Numbered from the stretch's first letter, positions 1 to 8,928 are shown. The stretch: 64,000 bases of DNA from an uncultured Thermofilaceae archaeon (GCA_964501905.1 CAZCTW010000002.1:195821-259820); one strand, 5' to 3'. Notes: generated from the sequence alone by a model not told the origin. Made by a program: numbers and translations.

Positions 1-248
1 AGTTGTTTTCCGCGGCTTACAGCATAGCCAGACGCCCACATCAAAACGCCAGCTATACCCATGACAATATACGTTACTTTAGCTATCTTAATAACCGCTG
101 TGAGCACCCGTTTTAAACCGCTCACGATTATAGTTTCGACCTCGGAGATTATCGAGTCTAAGATCTCTGATCCTGATGGTTGGGCACTAACTAATACAGA
201 GAAAAATATCAAAGTGAAGACCAGGAAAAGGAATATCCTCCTTTTCAT
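1..248 (-). CDS. secreted/membrane protein, N-terminal part (gene runs off the window start)
   Basis: Absent from the ORF track because there is no stop in the window. ATG at 248-246 reads MKRRIFLFLVFTLIFFSVLVSAQPSGSEILDS..., a signal-peptide-like start, and stays open to position 1. A TTTTATA box (plus 277-283) lies about 28 nt upstream. It competes with + ORF 61..288, which has no such signals. Confidence 0.45.
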   Translation of the reverse strand, partial: MKRRIFLFLVFTLIFFSVLVSAQPSGSEILDSIISEVETIIVSGLKRVLTAVIKIAKVTYIVMGIAGVLMWASGYAVSRGKQ

Positions 249-348
249 ATACACCCCAATGAAATGTGAAAAAGGGTATAAAAGGTAGACAATTTCGGGG
301 TACCTTAACACTGACAAATTAGCTGAATTTTAATTACGAAGTAATAAG

Positions 349-441
349 TGGGGCCGGGGGGACTTGAACCCCCGATCTTCCGGTTTCTCTGTTTTTTGAT
401 CCACTGGAGCCGGACGCCCTACCTTGCTAGGCTACGGCCCC
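349..441 (-). tRNA. tRNA-Trp (anticodon CCA) with a 19-nt intron after position 37
   Basis: Reverse complement folds as a cloverleaf. Acceptor GGGGCCG/CGGCCCC with A73. D arm GCCU-AGCAAGGUA-GGGC. Anticodon stem UCCGG/CCGGA with loop CU-CCA-G[intron]A. Variable region AGAUC. T arm GGGGG-UUCAAGU-CCCCC. No encoded CCA end. Confidence 0.9.
385..403 (-). other. tRNA-Trp intron (UGGAUCAAAAAACAGAGAA) at the canonical 37/38 site
   Basis: Removing these 19 nt restores a 7-nt anticodon loop and the 5-bp anticodon stem. Only a relaxed bulge-helix-bulge can be drawn by hand (C32-U33-C34 pairing with the intron GAG, 3-nt bulges at both junctions). Confidence 0.75.
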
Positions 442-465
442 CCTCGAAATGTTATAGGTCTGTGG

Positions 466-473
466 TTTTATAT
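466..473 (-). promoter_or_regulatory. TATA box of the tRNA-Trp promoter
   Basis: Minus-strand ATATAAAA lies 24 nt upstream of the mature tRNA 5' end (441). It is preceded by GGGCGTTAAAC in the BRE position. Confidence 0.5.
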
Positions 474-587
474 GTTTAACGCCCGGGTCGGCTCACCTCC
501 TTTACATCACCGACTCAGCGATCTTCTTCTTCATCCCCAAAGGTATATCGATTAAATTATATAAAAGGTCTCTGGCTAACTATATAT

Positions 588-642
588 GGATGACGAGCTG
601 GCTATAGGGGCTGATAAGTGACGAATCGAACCCGGACTGACT
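588..642 (+). ncRNA. C/D-box sRNA candidate
   Basis: Box order: C AUGACGA (590-596), 14-nt spacer, D' CUGA (611-614), UAA, C' GUGACGA (618-624), 12-nt guide AUCGAACCCGGA (625-636), D CUGA (637-640). TTATATAAAAGG TATA element at 558-568, about 23 nt upstream. Both C-type boxes carry the same U5-to-C variant. Confidence 0.45.
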
Positions 643-846
643 TATACTATGACAGGTTTAACGCCCCTAAATTCTGACGGATTAAAAAATAAAATCTTTT
701 TAAGTGAAAAATATTTCCGGCATTTACTCTAGCTAGACGGGTGATTACAAAACATGTATTTAAAGGCTTAAGATATTGAGACCTTGTTTTAAGATTGTAT
801 TCGAACTCTAGCAACGACGCACGATCCCATCACTAAAATCTTATGG

Positions 847-2373
847 TTAAAAAAGCTTAGTTAACACTACCTTCTCCCAAGGAGTTTTAGAGTGAGGATG
901 GGGTGGGGTGAGGTATTCCTGTGGGTTTACGCCTAAATCTTTAAGTGCTTTTCTCCAAGCTCCTAGACCTCCGCCATATTTAGCCCATAGCGCTATAACT
1001 TTGCCTATTTTGCGATCGCCTCTAGTCAATACTGTTTGCACATGAGTCCACCTAGGATCATACGACCTAACTTCAGCTAAACCTCCTAGTTCTCTCTTTA
1101 AGAAGTTTATTTTCTTCTTCAGCGTTGCTATGTCTTCCACCCTGAACCACTGCATCGGCGTATGGGGTTTAGGGGTGAAGGGGCTAATTGAGACTTTAAG
1201 TTCTCTTACGCCTTTAAACCCCGATTTCTCGCTTAGCTCTTTTACGAAATATGCAATTTTCTTTACATGTTCCAGCGTCTCTCCGGGCAATCCGACCATA
1301 AAGTATAGTTTAAGGGATTTCACCCCTATTCTCTTCGCCAAAGATGCTATGTTTTCAACGAGAGATTTCGCGAAAGGCTTCCCTATTTTAGCCCCAAGCC
1401 AACTGTCGGCCGTTTCGGGCGCTATTGTCAGGGTTTTCTGACCGCCGGCTACCATTAATTCGATCCTATCTTCGGATAGTGTTTCTACTCTTATCGACGG
1501 AACCGAAAACTCAAAGCCGTTTTCCACTAAATACTCTAATACTCTATCGGACTCGCTATGGTCAAAGTAGGATAAAGCGAGCAGTACTATCTTCCTGCTC
1601 TTGTTGAGCCGCGACCCCTCCTCAGCTATATACCTAATTTGGTCAAAGCTCCTCTCGCGTTTAGGTTTAAATATGGATCCTTCTAAGCAAAATCTACAAC
1701 CTCGTATGCAACCTCGCATAGCCTCTATCATAGTTTTCCTCCCTCTAGGATCTCTCTCCGCCGGTTGGATCTGCGCGATAGGGTGGAATTTTAGAGTCAG
1801 ACTCTCTGCCTTGTTGACCAATACTAACTCGTCCTCCCTACGAGGTACATAGAAACCTTTCTCAGGCGGTAGAGAATCTAACAACATCTTTTTGCTATCA
1901 TAATGCTCTAGAAGCTGATCCAGTAGATAGGGCATTATAGGCTCTATATCTCCTAGAGCTAATACGTCCGCTATCTCGGCTAAGGGTTCGGGGTTGCCTA
2001 TAACTGCCGGTCCCCCCACTATGACGTATGGTTTCTCCCTCTCTGACGAAAACGCTGGAACACCGCCAGCGTATAAAACTCTTAAAATGTTTACATAGTC
2101 AGGCTCGTAATGTACAGAAGCTATTATTACATCGAAGTTTTTTAAAGGGTTCCTGTTTTCTATGCTTAGTGGAGGGGGTTCTCGACCAGTTTTCCTAGAT
2201 ATATTAAATCTCTCCGCTATAAACCCCCTTCTGCCGTTTATGTAGTAGTAGAGCATATGGTAGGAAAGCGTGTCTAAGGCGACACGGTAAAAAGAAGGAT
2301 ACAGGAGGGCTATTCTTAAATCTCCCGGGCGTCCCTTCTTCTTGATAACGTTGAGTTCTCGGATTCTACTCAC
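847..2373 (-). CDS. radical SAM protein with N-terminal B12-binding-like/flavodoxin-like domain
   Basis: 508-aa ORF with the CxxxCxxC cluster motif in EAMRGCIRGCRFCLEGS. The N-terminal half (VIIASVHYEP...VIVGGPAV) resembles the cobalamin-binding-like domain of class B-type rSAM enzymes. Confidence 0.8.
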   Translation of the reverse strand: MSRIRELNVIKKKGRPGDLRIALLYPSFYRVALDTLSYHMLYYYINGRRGFIAERFNISRKTGREPPPLSIENRNPLKNFDVIIASVHYEPDYVNILRVLYAGGVPAFSSEREKPYVIVGGPAVIGNPEPLAEIADVLALGDIEPIMPYLLDQLLEHYDSKKMLLDSLPPEKGFYVPRREDELVLVNKAESLTLKFHPIAQIQPAERDPRGRKTMIEAMRGCIRGCRFCLEGSIFKPKRERSFDQIRYIAEEGSRLNKSRKIVLLALSYFDHSESDRVLEYLVENGFEFSVPSIRVETLSEDRIELMVAGGQKTLTIAPETADSWLGAKIGKPFAKSLVENIASLAKRIGVKSLKLYFMVGLPGETLEHVKKIAYFVKELSEKSGFKGVRELKVSISPFTPKPHTPMQWFRVEDIATLKKKINFLKRELGGLAEVRSYDPRWTHVQTVLTRGDRKIGKVIALWAKYGGGLGAWRKALKDLGVNPQEYLTPPHPHSKTPWEKVVLTKLF

Positions 2374-3229
2374 CTTCTTCGAGCAGCGCTATCTCTCCGT
2401 CGTACTTCAACATTGAAAGATCATTTTCGGCTTCAAGCCTGCGTCCTTTTATAAGTTTTAACTCTCTTGGCTTGAAAAGTGTTTTCTCAAGATCGAGATT
2501 TGTATCGAATATCGAAAGCGCGTGATTCCATGTATTCACGTAAATTACAGGCTCTGAGTAGAGCTTCAACCTAGCCATTGAGTGTGCCGTAAGTTGAAAG
2601 CTTAGCTCGCCGCTGAAAGACGGGGGAATGTATCTATAGTGTTTTTTATACGGGAATTTCAAGAGTAGAGGCGGGAACATAACCTCTACCAGAGTAAGGG
2701 AATCGCTATCATAGATTAAAAAGAAAGTTTCGACATCCTCTACTCTACCCCAGGAAATTAAACGCCATAAATCGTTGTAGACTCCCATTTCTGGATCATA
2801 CTCACTCTCGAACACTAGCGTTACTTCTACGAGAAAAACTCTATCGTTTCTAAAGCCGTAAGCTTCTCTAAAAGCCTGCGCGTAGATCTTACACAATTTA
2901 TTTCCTCTCTCGATATCTACACGGGGTTGAGCTATCGTAGGCAGGATTTTGGCTAAATCAGGAATCTCCTCCTCTCGGAGAACAGGCTCCTCATAATCTA
3001 ACTCGAATATTGTTTTAGGCAGAAATACTTCCTCTTTTTTCTCGAAAGGAGGAATTCCTAGCCGTTCAGCTAGCTTATTAAATTTCGCCAGTACGGAATA
3101 GACGTCAGGCTCCCTGTAAGGATTAAATATCTCGCTCCTAACAGCGTCTACGTTCTTCTTGAACTCTTCATCTTCCCTGTAGAGTTTCTTAAAATTGAAC
3201 GCTAGTTCTTGGGGAGTGAAACTATTCAT
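2366..3229 (-). CDS. hypothetical protein, translationally coupled to the radical SAM gene
   Basis: 287-aa ORF whose stop overlaps the rSAM start by 8 nt. I recognise no motif. Confidence 0.6.
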   Translation of the reverse strand: MNSFTPQELAFNFKKLYREDEEFKKNVDAVRSEIFNPYREPDVYSVLAKFNKLAERLGIPPFEKKEEVFLPKTIFELDYEEPVLREEEIPDLAKILPTIAQPRVDIERGNKLCKIYAQAFREAYGFRNDRVFLVEVTLVFESEYDPEMGVYNDLWRLISWGRVEDVETFFLIYDSDSLTLVEVMFPPLLLKFPYKKHYRYIPPSFSGELSFQLTAHSMARLKLYSEPVIYVNTWNHALSIFDTNLDLEKTLFKPRELKLIKGRRLEAENDLSMLKYDGEIALLEEGE

Positions 3230-3245
3230 TCTTTCACCAAAGCCC

Positions 3246-4280
3246 TTAAAACGGTACGTATTTCAAGGAGCCAGTCCTAGCGATAGCGCCGTAGAGCACT
3301 ACATCGCCAGCTAGCGGCGTCACCCTAATCTCCGGCAATCTATTCATAACGTATCCCCCAACTTTCTCCTTTATAGCTTCAACTACTAGATCTACGTTAT
3401 TAAGCACGACAGAACTGCCTAATGTAATTAATTCCGGGTCATATACGTTTATCACGTTGGCAACTCCTACAGCATTGTACGTGTTTATCTTCTCGACAAT
3501 TTCGAGTGCTACTTCATCCCCCTCCCTTGCCGCGCCGTAGATAATCTTCGCCGTGAGATTTCTGAGATCTCCCTCAGCGTATTTATATACTAGGCTAGAC
3601 TCGATTCCCGCTTTCCTGCTGAGTAAGATTCTGGCATACCTAGGTATATTGGCGCCGAAACAATAAGCTTCCCAATGCCCCCTTTTGCCACATCCACATA
3701 TCAATAATCCTTCTGGATCTACCACCATGTGGCCTATTTCGGCCGCGTTTCCATCTTTGCCAATTAACAGGTGACCGTCAACATAAGCCCCTCCGCCTAT
3801 ACCCGTACTTATAGTTATATACACAATGTTGTCTAATCCTTTGTCGGCGCCGAAAATTTTCTCCCCTACCACCGCCGCTGTGCAGTCATTAAGTATCTTG
3901 ACTCTAACTTCAAATGCCTTCTCAAGGGGTTCTAAGAGCGGGACTTCTTTAAATGGAAGATTAGGAGAATTAATTATCGCCCCTTTCTTCAAATCTAAAG
4001 GACCTATGGTCCCAACTCCTATACCTATCAGGCATTCTTTCCCGACGCTGTTATTCTCGAGCAGAGCTTTGATCATTCGAATTATTTGATGTGTTAAATC
4101 CAGACTCTCTCCGGTTTTAACTGTGGGCTCAGTCATTTTATCTACTATATCCCCTTTGCCATCCGCTAAGGCGACCCTAATATAAGTAGCTCCTATATCT
4201 ACTCCGACTCCATACACGGCTTTCACCCTCTGTGGAGATGAAATCCTCGCCTTTTTTATATTCATCGTCATAATCATCAC
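3246..4280 (-). CDS. ROK-family sugar kinase (glucokinase-like)
   Basis: N-terminal GVDIGATYIRVAL (DxGxT ATP motif), GIGVGTIGPLD, and a Zn motif GHMVV...CGCGKRGHWEAY typical of ROK kinases. Confidence 0.8.
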   Translation of the reverse strand: MMIMTMNIKKARISSPQRVKAVYGVGVDIGATYIRVALADGKGDIVDKMTEPTVKTGESLDLTHQIIRMIKALLENNSVGKECLIGIGVGTIGPLDLKKGAIINSPNLPFKEVPLLEPLEKAFEVRVKILNDCTAAVVGEKIFGADKGLDNIVYITISTGIGGGAYVDGHLLIGKDGNAAEIGHMVVDPEGLLICGCGKRGHWEAYCFGANIPRYARILLSRKAGIESSLVYKYAEGDLRNLTAKIIYGAAREGDEVALEIVEKINTYNAVGVANVINVYDPELITLGSSVVLNNVDLVVEAIKEKVGGYVMNRLPEIRVTPLAGDVVLYGAIARTGSLKYVPF

Positions 4281-4346
4281 CTTAAACGTCGAGAGTCTAA
4301 GTTGCGGTAAAGCTTATTCCTAGTCTAAAGACTTAGAATATTTGAG

Positions 4347-5267
4347 ATGGTTAGCACGAAAATACTGATTACCGGCTTGTTAGGCGGTAGCTCGGGTAAA
4401 ACCTATTTAGCTATAGCCGTGGTATACGCGTTGAGGAGTACAGGGCTTAGACCGGGGGTATTCAAGCCGTTAAGCATTCATAACTGGTTTACAGAGTACA
4501 ATACCACGTTAGAGAATATACGTTCTGGATCGCTTTTCTGCGGCGATGCGGTAAAGCTACGTCAAATCGCTGGAATAAAAGAACCCTACGAGTTGTTAAA
4601 TCCAGTGGATTTTCTTGTATCTCCTCTAGACCCTAGCGTCTTTATTAACGCTAGAGTACCTGATCTATACTATTCTTTCTCCTCCGACTTAACTAAAACT
4701 GCTATAGTAGCTAGATTCACCAGATATGGCGATGAAAAACTCCACAACCTCTACCTCGTCAATAAGTGGGCCCTTCAGCGGAAGATGCTTATAGTAGACG
4801 AGGAGGTCGTAGATAGAATTACTAGAAAAGCTGATGAAATAGTACAGGTTAATGACTCAAAAATGCTTAACCATCTAGTGAGTAAGTACTTTACTAGCTC
4901 TGTTTCCACTTGTTTGAAAAATCTCGGAGAGAAACACGCCATAATAGTTATCGAGAGCTATAGCGATATCGCCTGGCCTCTGCCTTTAAAAACCCGAGTG
5001 GATGTGGTCTTAGTGACTTCCCCGGGGAGGGTTTTAGTTTATGATGCCAATAAGTTTAGAATGGCTGTAGAACTTAAAAAACCCCTTCGCGGGCTTTATA
5101 CGACCGTGAAACTCAGCGATATAATAGGGCTTTTAAGACCTCTTAAGCATTTCAAAGTAGGACCTACCCATACTGCCGAAATCCCGGAATCCTATACTGT
5201 ACGTAAATATGCAGGCGTGATTAACTTCTTAATTAACGAGTTGGAAAAATCGACTTCTAGCTTTTAA
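4347..5267 (+). CDS. BioD/CobQ-fold P-loop protein of unknown function
   Basis: ILITGLLGGSSGKTYLAIAVVYAL...GVFKP matches the dethiobiotin-synthetase-like P-loop plus FKP signature. The remainder is unassigned. Confidence 0.5.
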   Translation: MVSTKILITGLLGGSSGKTYLAIAVVYALRSTGLRPGVFKPLSIHNWFTEYNTTLENIRSGSLFCGDAVKLRQIAGIKEPYELLNPVDFLVSPLDPSVFINARVPDLYYSFSSDLTKTAIVARFTRYGDEKLHNLYLVNKWALQRKMLIVDEEVVDRITRKADEIVQVNDSKMLNHLVSKYFTSSVSTCLKNLGEKHAIIVIESYSDIAWPLPLKTRVDVVLVTSPGRVLVYDANKFRMAVELKKPLRGLYTTVKLSDIIGLLRPLKHFKVGPTHTAEIPESYTVRKYAGVINFLINELEKSTSSF

Positions 5268-5311
5268 GCGAAAAATTTATCTCTCCAAGTTCACCACAGC
5301 ATTTAGATTCT

Positions 5312-6076
5312 ATGATGCTACTGGCTACAATAGCGGCTGTTGCATTTATAGCTTATGCTTTGTATAATGTGAAGAATCTCCTGGTGAGTCCTAAAGTGAA
5401 CTTTTTAACAGTTCGTGTGGATAAGAAAAAAATCCTCTTCGTGTCAGACCTGCACATACCTAAGAGTCTGAAAACAGGGAAAAAGTACTGTGTGATCGGT
5501 GAGTACATGGAGAAAAACAATATACGTCTATTGTTTATCCTGGGAGATTTATTTGATGATTTTCACGTCGAAGTTTCTTCCAACCAGTTAAAAGTCAAGC
5601 TAAGAGAAATCATTAAAATCCTAAAATTACCGCCTCATACATTTGTGTACATAACCTTTAGCAGTAGCTCTCATGACCCAAAGATTAAACGGGAAGGGGC
5701 AAAGGTGAAGCAGGGATCAGTAGAGATAATCGCCACTAATAATCCTATACGCCTAATAGCCGACAATAGAGAATTTTATCTATTACATGGAGATCTAGGA
5801 GTAAAAAATGGTGCCTTAGCATATTTGCTGAACAAGGCGGCTTGCTTTCTTGGATATCCATACTTCGTAGAGCGCTCTCTAAAGAAGAGTCTTAGATTAA
5901 AGGAAAAATCATGGTTGATTATGGGTCATACGCATGCTCCCTTCATTGATGATAATTTTAAATTAGCGAACACAGGTAGCTGGAAGCACTACTGGCGCAG
6001 TAGTAGCGATAATGTCATACTATACGACAGCGGTTCGCTAAGTCTTATAAACCTCGGCGGTGGTATAAATAAATGA
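5312..6076 (+). CDS. membrane-anchored calcineurin-like metallophosphoesterase
   Basis: N-terminal TM helix followed by the motifs VSDLH, GDLFDD, LLHGD and GHTH. Confidence 0.7.
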   Translation: MMLLATIAAVAFIAYALYNVKNLLVSPKVNFLTVRVDKKKILFVSDLHIPKSLKTGKKYCVIGEYMEKNNIRLLFILGDLFDDFHVEVSSNQLKVKLREIIKILKLPPHTFVYITFSSSSHDPKIKREGAKVKQGSVEIIATNNPIRLIADNREFYLLHGDLGVKNGALAYLLNKAACFLGYPYFVERSLKKSLRLKEKSWLIMGHTHAPFIDDNFKLANTGSWKHYWRSSSDNVILYDSGSLSLINLGGGINK

Positions 6077-6525
6077 ATATGAGTCAGGTATGGAAAATCC
6101 CGCCAAGAATAAAAATTTTAGAAGCATTAGGATGCATAGCAGATGGTCGGATCAAGTTTATTTCAGAACACGAAGCGCGAGTTATAAGCTCAACAGGCGA
6201 GCGAACGTATACAGTTAAGTGGAATGGTGACAAGGCGATTTTCGCTGACGACAACGGATCTGTCTATAGGGGGTATCTGGGCTATCCAAGCATTGCTTTT
6301 CTAATGCTTAAAGGGTTGCTACCTTTCGATAAAAGAATCGCCGAAGGTTTAAAGGGCGTTCCGTGGAAAAAACTCAACGAGAAATATAGAAGGTATTGGA
6401 TTGTAGAGTCTATAATAAAGAAGAAGTTAGAGAAAAGAGGTATTAGTACAGAAGAGGTAGATGATTTCATTAAAAAAGTTTTAGACGCTATAAGCGAGTT
6501 AAAACCGGAGAAACTCGAGCTTTAA
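6073..6525 (+). CDS. hypothetical protein (N-terminus resembles a Cys-less SWIM-type beta domain)
   Basis: 150-aa ORF overlapping the upstream gene by 4 nt. The segment ALGCIADGRIKFISEHEARVISSTGERTYTVKW parallels the N-terminus of the SWIM protein at 11522. Confidence 0.5.
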   Translation: MNMSQVWKIPPRIKILEALGCIADGRIKFISEHEARVISSTGERTYTVKWNGDKAIFADDNGSVYRGYLGYPSIAFLMLKGLLPFDKRIAEGLKGVPWKKLNEKYRRYWIVESIIKKKLEKRGISTEEVDDFIKKVLDAISELKPEKLEL

Positions 6526-6815
6526 CTCCTCGAAAACTTCCTCAGTAACGACTCTCCCCTACTTGTGAGAATATATAAGCGGATAGACCTATTTTTCCCG
6601 AAAAGAGGACAGGCGGAACTTAAAGGACAGCTATCACAAGGGTTCTCTACTTTTTCCTGTTTAATGTAACCTTGTGAAAGCAGTAAACCCAGTAAGCTCT
6701 CGACTTCCCCTATAGAAATCCCTAGCTTTCTGGCTAGAGTATAAACGTCTACGACCCCTTCGCCATTTAATACTTGTAAAACCTTTAGAATTTTCTGAGA
6801 TAACATGTTAACCAA
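6522..6815 (-). CDS. FeoC-like winged-helix protein with a Cys cluster
   Basis: Start overlaps the FeoB stop by 8 nt. wHTH segment VDVYTLARKLGISIGEVESLLGLLLSQGYI followed by C-x2-C-x5-C (CDSCPLSSAC). This is the spacing of the last three Cys of E. coli FeoC, as I recall it. Confidence 0.5.
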   Translation of the reverse strand: MVNMLSQKILKVLQVLNGEGVVDVYTLARKLGISIGEVESLLGLLLSQGYIKQEKVENPCDSCPLSSACPLFGKNRSIRLYILTSRGESLLRKFSRS

Positions 6816-8928
6816 CTATGAGGGATAATACGGCATTGACAGAAAGAGATAAGACGAGCGCCGACGCTAACATAATTACTATTGCTAGTAACGTTAGCTT
6901 ATTTTTGCCAGTTTCCTGTTTTATCGAAGCTATAGTAGGTATACATGGTACATATAAGGTGAAAAGTATCAATAGGGAAAAAGCTTGAACAGGAGTTAGT
7001 CCAAGAGCTAACAGCGCTCCTTTAACGCTACTTCCCCCTCCCTGTAACATGGCTATAGACTCGATAAGTCCCTCTTTAGCTATTAGACCTTGAAGAAGCG
7101 CGAAGCCTATTATCCAAGCCTCTTTCTCGGGAATTCCATAAAGAGACAGAAACGGCGTTAGAGAGCTTCCTATGAGAGAAGCAAAGCTTTCTCTCGGATT
7201 AGATATGAAACCCGCTGGACCGTAGTTTAACAGGAACCACGTCGCCACGCTAAGGGATAATATTATGATACCGGCTTTCCTGAGGAAGTGTTTGGAGTAG
7301 TCCCAGGTCAACCACCACACAACTTTAAGACTAGGCCTGTGGACAGGCGGTATTTCCAATAGAAAGATAGGTGACTCGGATTTTCTGAAGAGCAATATTC
7401 TGATAGTTAGGGATATCAGCATAGCGATTCCTAGAGCTATAAGGTATATAGTAAACATGACCGCTGCTTGCATTAGACTTGAGGAAAAGTAGGCCGTAAC
7501 GAAGGCTAGGATTACTATTAAGCGGGCTTGGCAGGGGACGAAAGGTATGGATAAAATTAGTTGAATTCTTTCCTCCTCTTCTAAAACTGCTCGAGAAGAT
7601 AACACGCCTGGAACATTACAGCCGAAGCTAATTATTACCGGGTATATAGCTCTCCCGGATAACCCGAACTTATTGAGTAACGAGTTAAATGAAAAAGCTA
7701 GACGGGCGGCTATACCGCTATCCTCTAAAAGCGACAACATGAAGAAGGTTAGGAATAGAAGCGGCAGAAATGATAATACGCTTCCAACTCCTGAAATTAC
7801 ACCATCTGATACCAATGATACAAGCCATGGAGGAGCACCCAATCCTTCAAGAAAGCTAGCTAAGGAATCGGCTATAAGGGCGAAAATCCTATCCATTAAT
7901 CCTATAATGCTATAGGTTTCTATTACCTCAGCTAAAGCATCCCAACCTAACCAGTGAAAAATTAAGTTTAGCGGAAAACCGCTGTTTAGGGTAAATATAA
8001 TCGAAAACACGGAAATAAGAAATACTGAACTAAATACGATGCCCGATACTTCGTGCTGAATGATTTTCTCGAAGAAGCTTTCTTTCTCCTCTACTTTAAC
8101 TCTTACAACAACCTCTCTGGCTATGCTATCCACATAGTTAAACCTTGCAATAGTAACGAGCTCAGCCGGATTTCTGCCTATGCTAAACTTTACGGCATCC
8201 ACAATACGTTTTATATCGGAAAGAACATCTTCTCCTTTATTCTTTATGATCTCCTCTAACCTAGGATCGCCTTCTAGAAGCCTTATAGCGAGCCACCTAG
8301 GTGGATATTCGGGTAAAATCCCTCTTTCCCTAATTACCTTTTCTATTTCAGTGATGAAAGGCTCAAGCCCGTCATAATTTATTTTTAAAACTTCCTTTCT
8401 ACCTCGTCGCCCTTCAGCGACAGCTACGATGGCGTCCAGTAGTTCGCGGAGACCACTGCCCTGTATAGCTGATACCTCGACTACGGGGACGCCTAGCATC
8501 TCCTCTAGCTTATCTACGTGGATGTGTATCCCCCTTTTATGGATTAAATCCGATTTCGTAATAGCTATGACAACGTTAGGTGTTAACTCGAGTATTTGAA
8601 TGGGGAGGTATAGAGTTCTCTCGGGAGCCGTGCCGTCTATTAAAACTAAGACAACATCTGGTTCACCGCTTATGATATATTCGCGGGCTACGACTTCTTC
8701 CAGGCTCGTAGCTGATATACCATAGGTTCCGGGGAGGTCAACGAAACACAACTTCTTACCTTTATATACTCTCTCACCCTCTTTCCGTTCAACTGTTACG
8801 CCAGGCCAGTTAGCGACGTGGGCGATCTTTCCGGTAAGTACGTTAAAAAGAGTGGATTTACCTACGTTAGGGTTGCCGGCTACGGCAACTATAATATCGC
8901 ATTTTCTTTCTTCCATTACTATACCCAT
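6808..8928 (-). CDS. feoB: ferrous iron transporter FeoB
   Basis: N-terminal G domain (VAGNPNVGKSTLFN, DLPG, TKSD) followed by a large polytopic membrane domain. Confidence 0.95.
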   Translation of the reverse strand: MGIVMEERKCDIIVAVAGNPNVGKSTLFNVLTGKIAHVANWPGVTVERKEGERVYKGKKLCFVDLPGTYGISATSLEEVVAREYIISGEPDVVLVLIDGTAPERTLYLPIQILELTPNVVIAITKSDLIHKRGIHIHVDKLEEMLGVPVVEVSAIQGSGLRELLDAIVAVAEGRRGRKEVLKINYDGLEPFITEIEKVIRERGILPEYPPRWLAIRLLEGDPRLEEIIKNKGEDVLSDIKRIVDAVKFSIGRNPAELVTIARFNYVDSIAREVVVRVKVEEKESFFEKIIQHEVSGIVFSSVFLISVFSIIFTLNSGFPLNLIFHWLGWDALAEVIETYSIIGLMDRIFALIADSLASFLEGLGAPPWLVSLVSDGVISGVGSVLSFLPLLFLTFFMLSLLEDSGIAARLAFSFNSLLNKFGLSGRAIYPVIISFGCNVPGVLSSRAVLEEEERIQLILSIPFVPCQARLIVILAFVTAYFSSSLMQAAVMFTIYLIALGIAMLISLTIRILLFRKSESPIFLLEIPPVHRPSLKVVWWLTWDYSKHFLRKAGIIILSLSVATWFLLNYGPAGFISNPRESFASLIGSSLTPFLSLYGIPEKEAWIIGFALLQGLIAKEGLIESIAMLQGGGSSVKGALLALGLTPVQAFSLLILFTLYVPCIPTIASIKQETGKNKLTLLAIVIMLASALVLSLSVNAVLSLIVG

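Noticed and set aside
61-288. Plus-strand 75-aa ORF at the window start.
   Set aside because: It overlaps a minus-strand frame that has a clear signal peptide and a TATA box at the right distance. The plus ORF has neither.
601-667. The T-loop-like string GGGTTCGATTC (minus strand, about 624-636) flanked by GGGGC...GCCCC raised the possibility of a tRNA fragment or split-tRNA half.
   Set aside because: I could draw no complementary T stem, D arm or acceptor pairing. The sequence is better explained as the complement of the D guide of the plus-strand C/D-box candidate.
1130-1852. Plus-strand ORFs (1130-1441, 1425-1607, 1601-1852) inside the radical SAM gene. Similar antisense or alternate-frame ORFs sit within other large genes: FeoB (7673-8377), GH57 (9757-10950), GluRS (12823-13896), the Rad50-like gene (19671-21512), PmbA (27840-28181), the C25 protease (48380-50998) and atpA/atpB (58960-61480).
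   Set aside because: These are shadow ORFs on the opposite strand or in another frame of genes with strong motif support. Their translations are low-complexity (S/L/F/R-rich) and they lack independent start signals.
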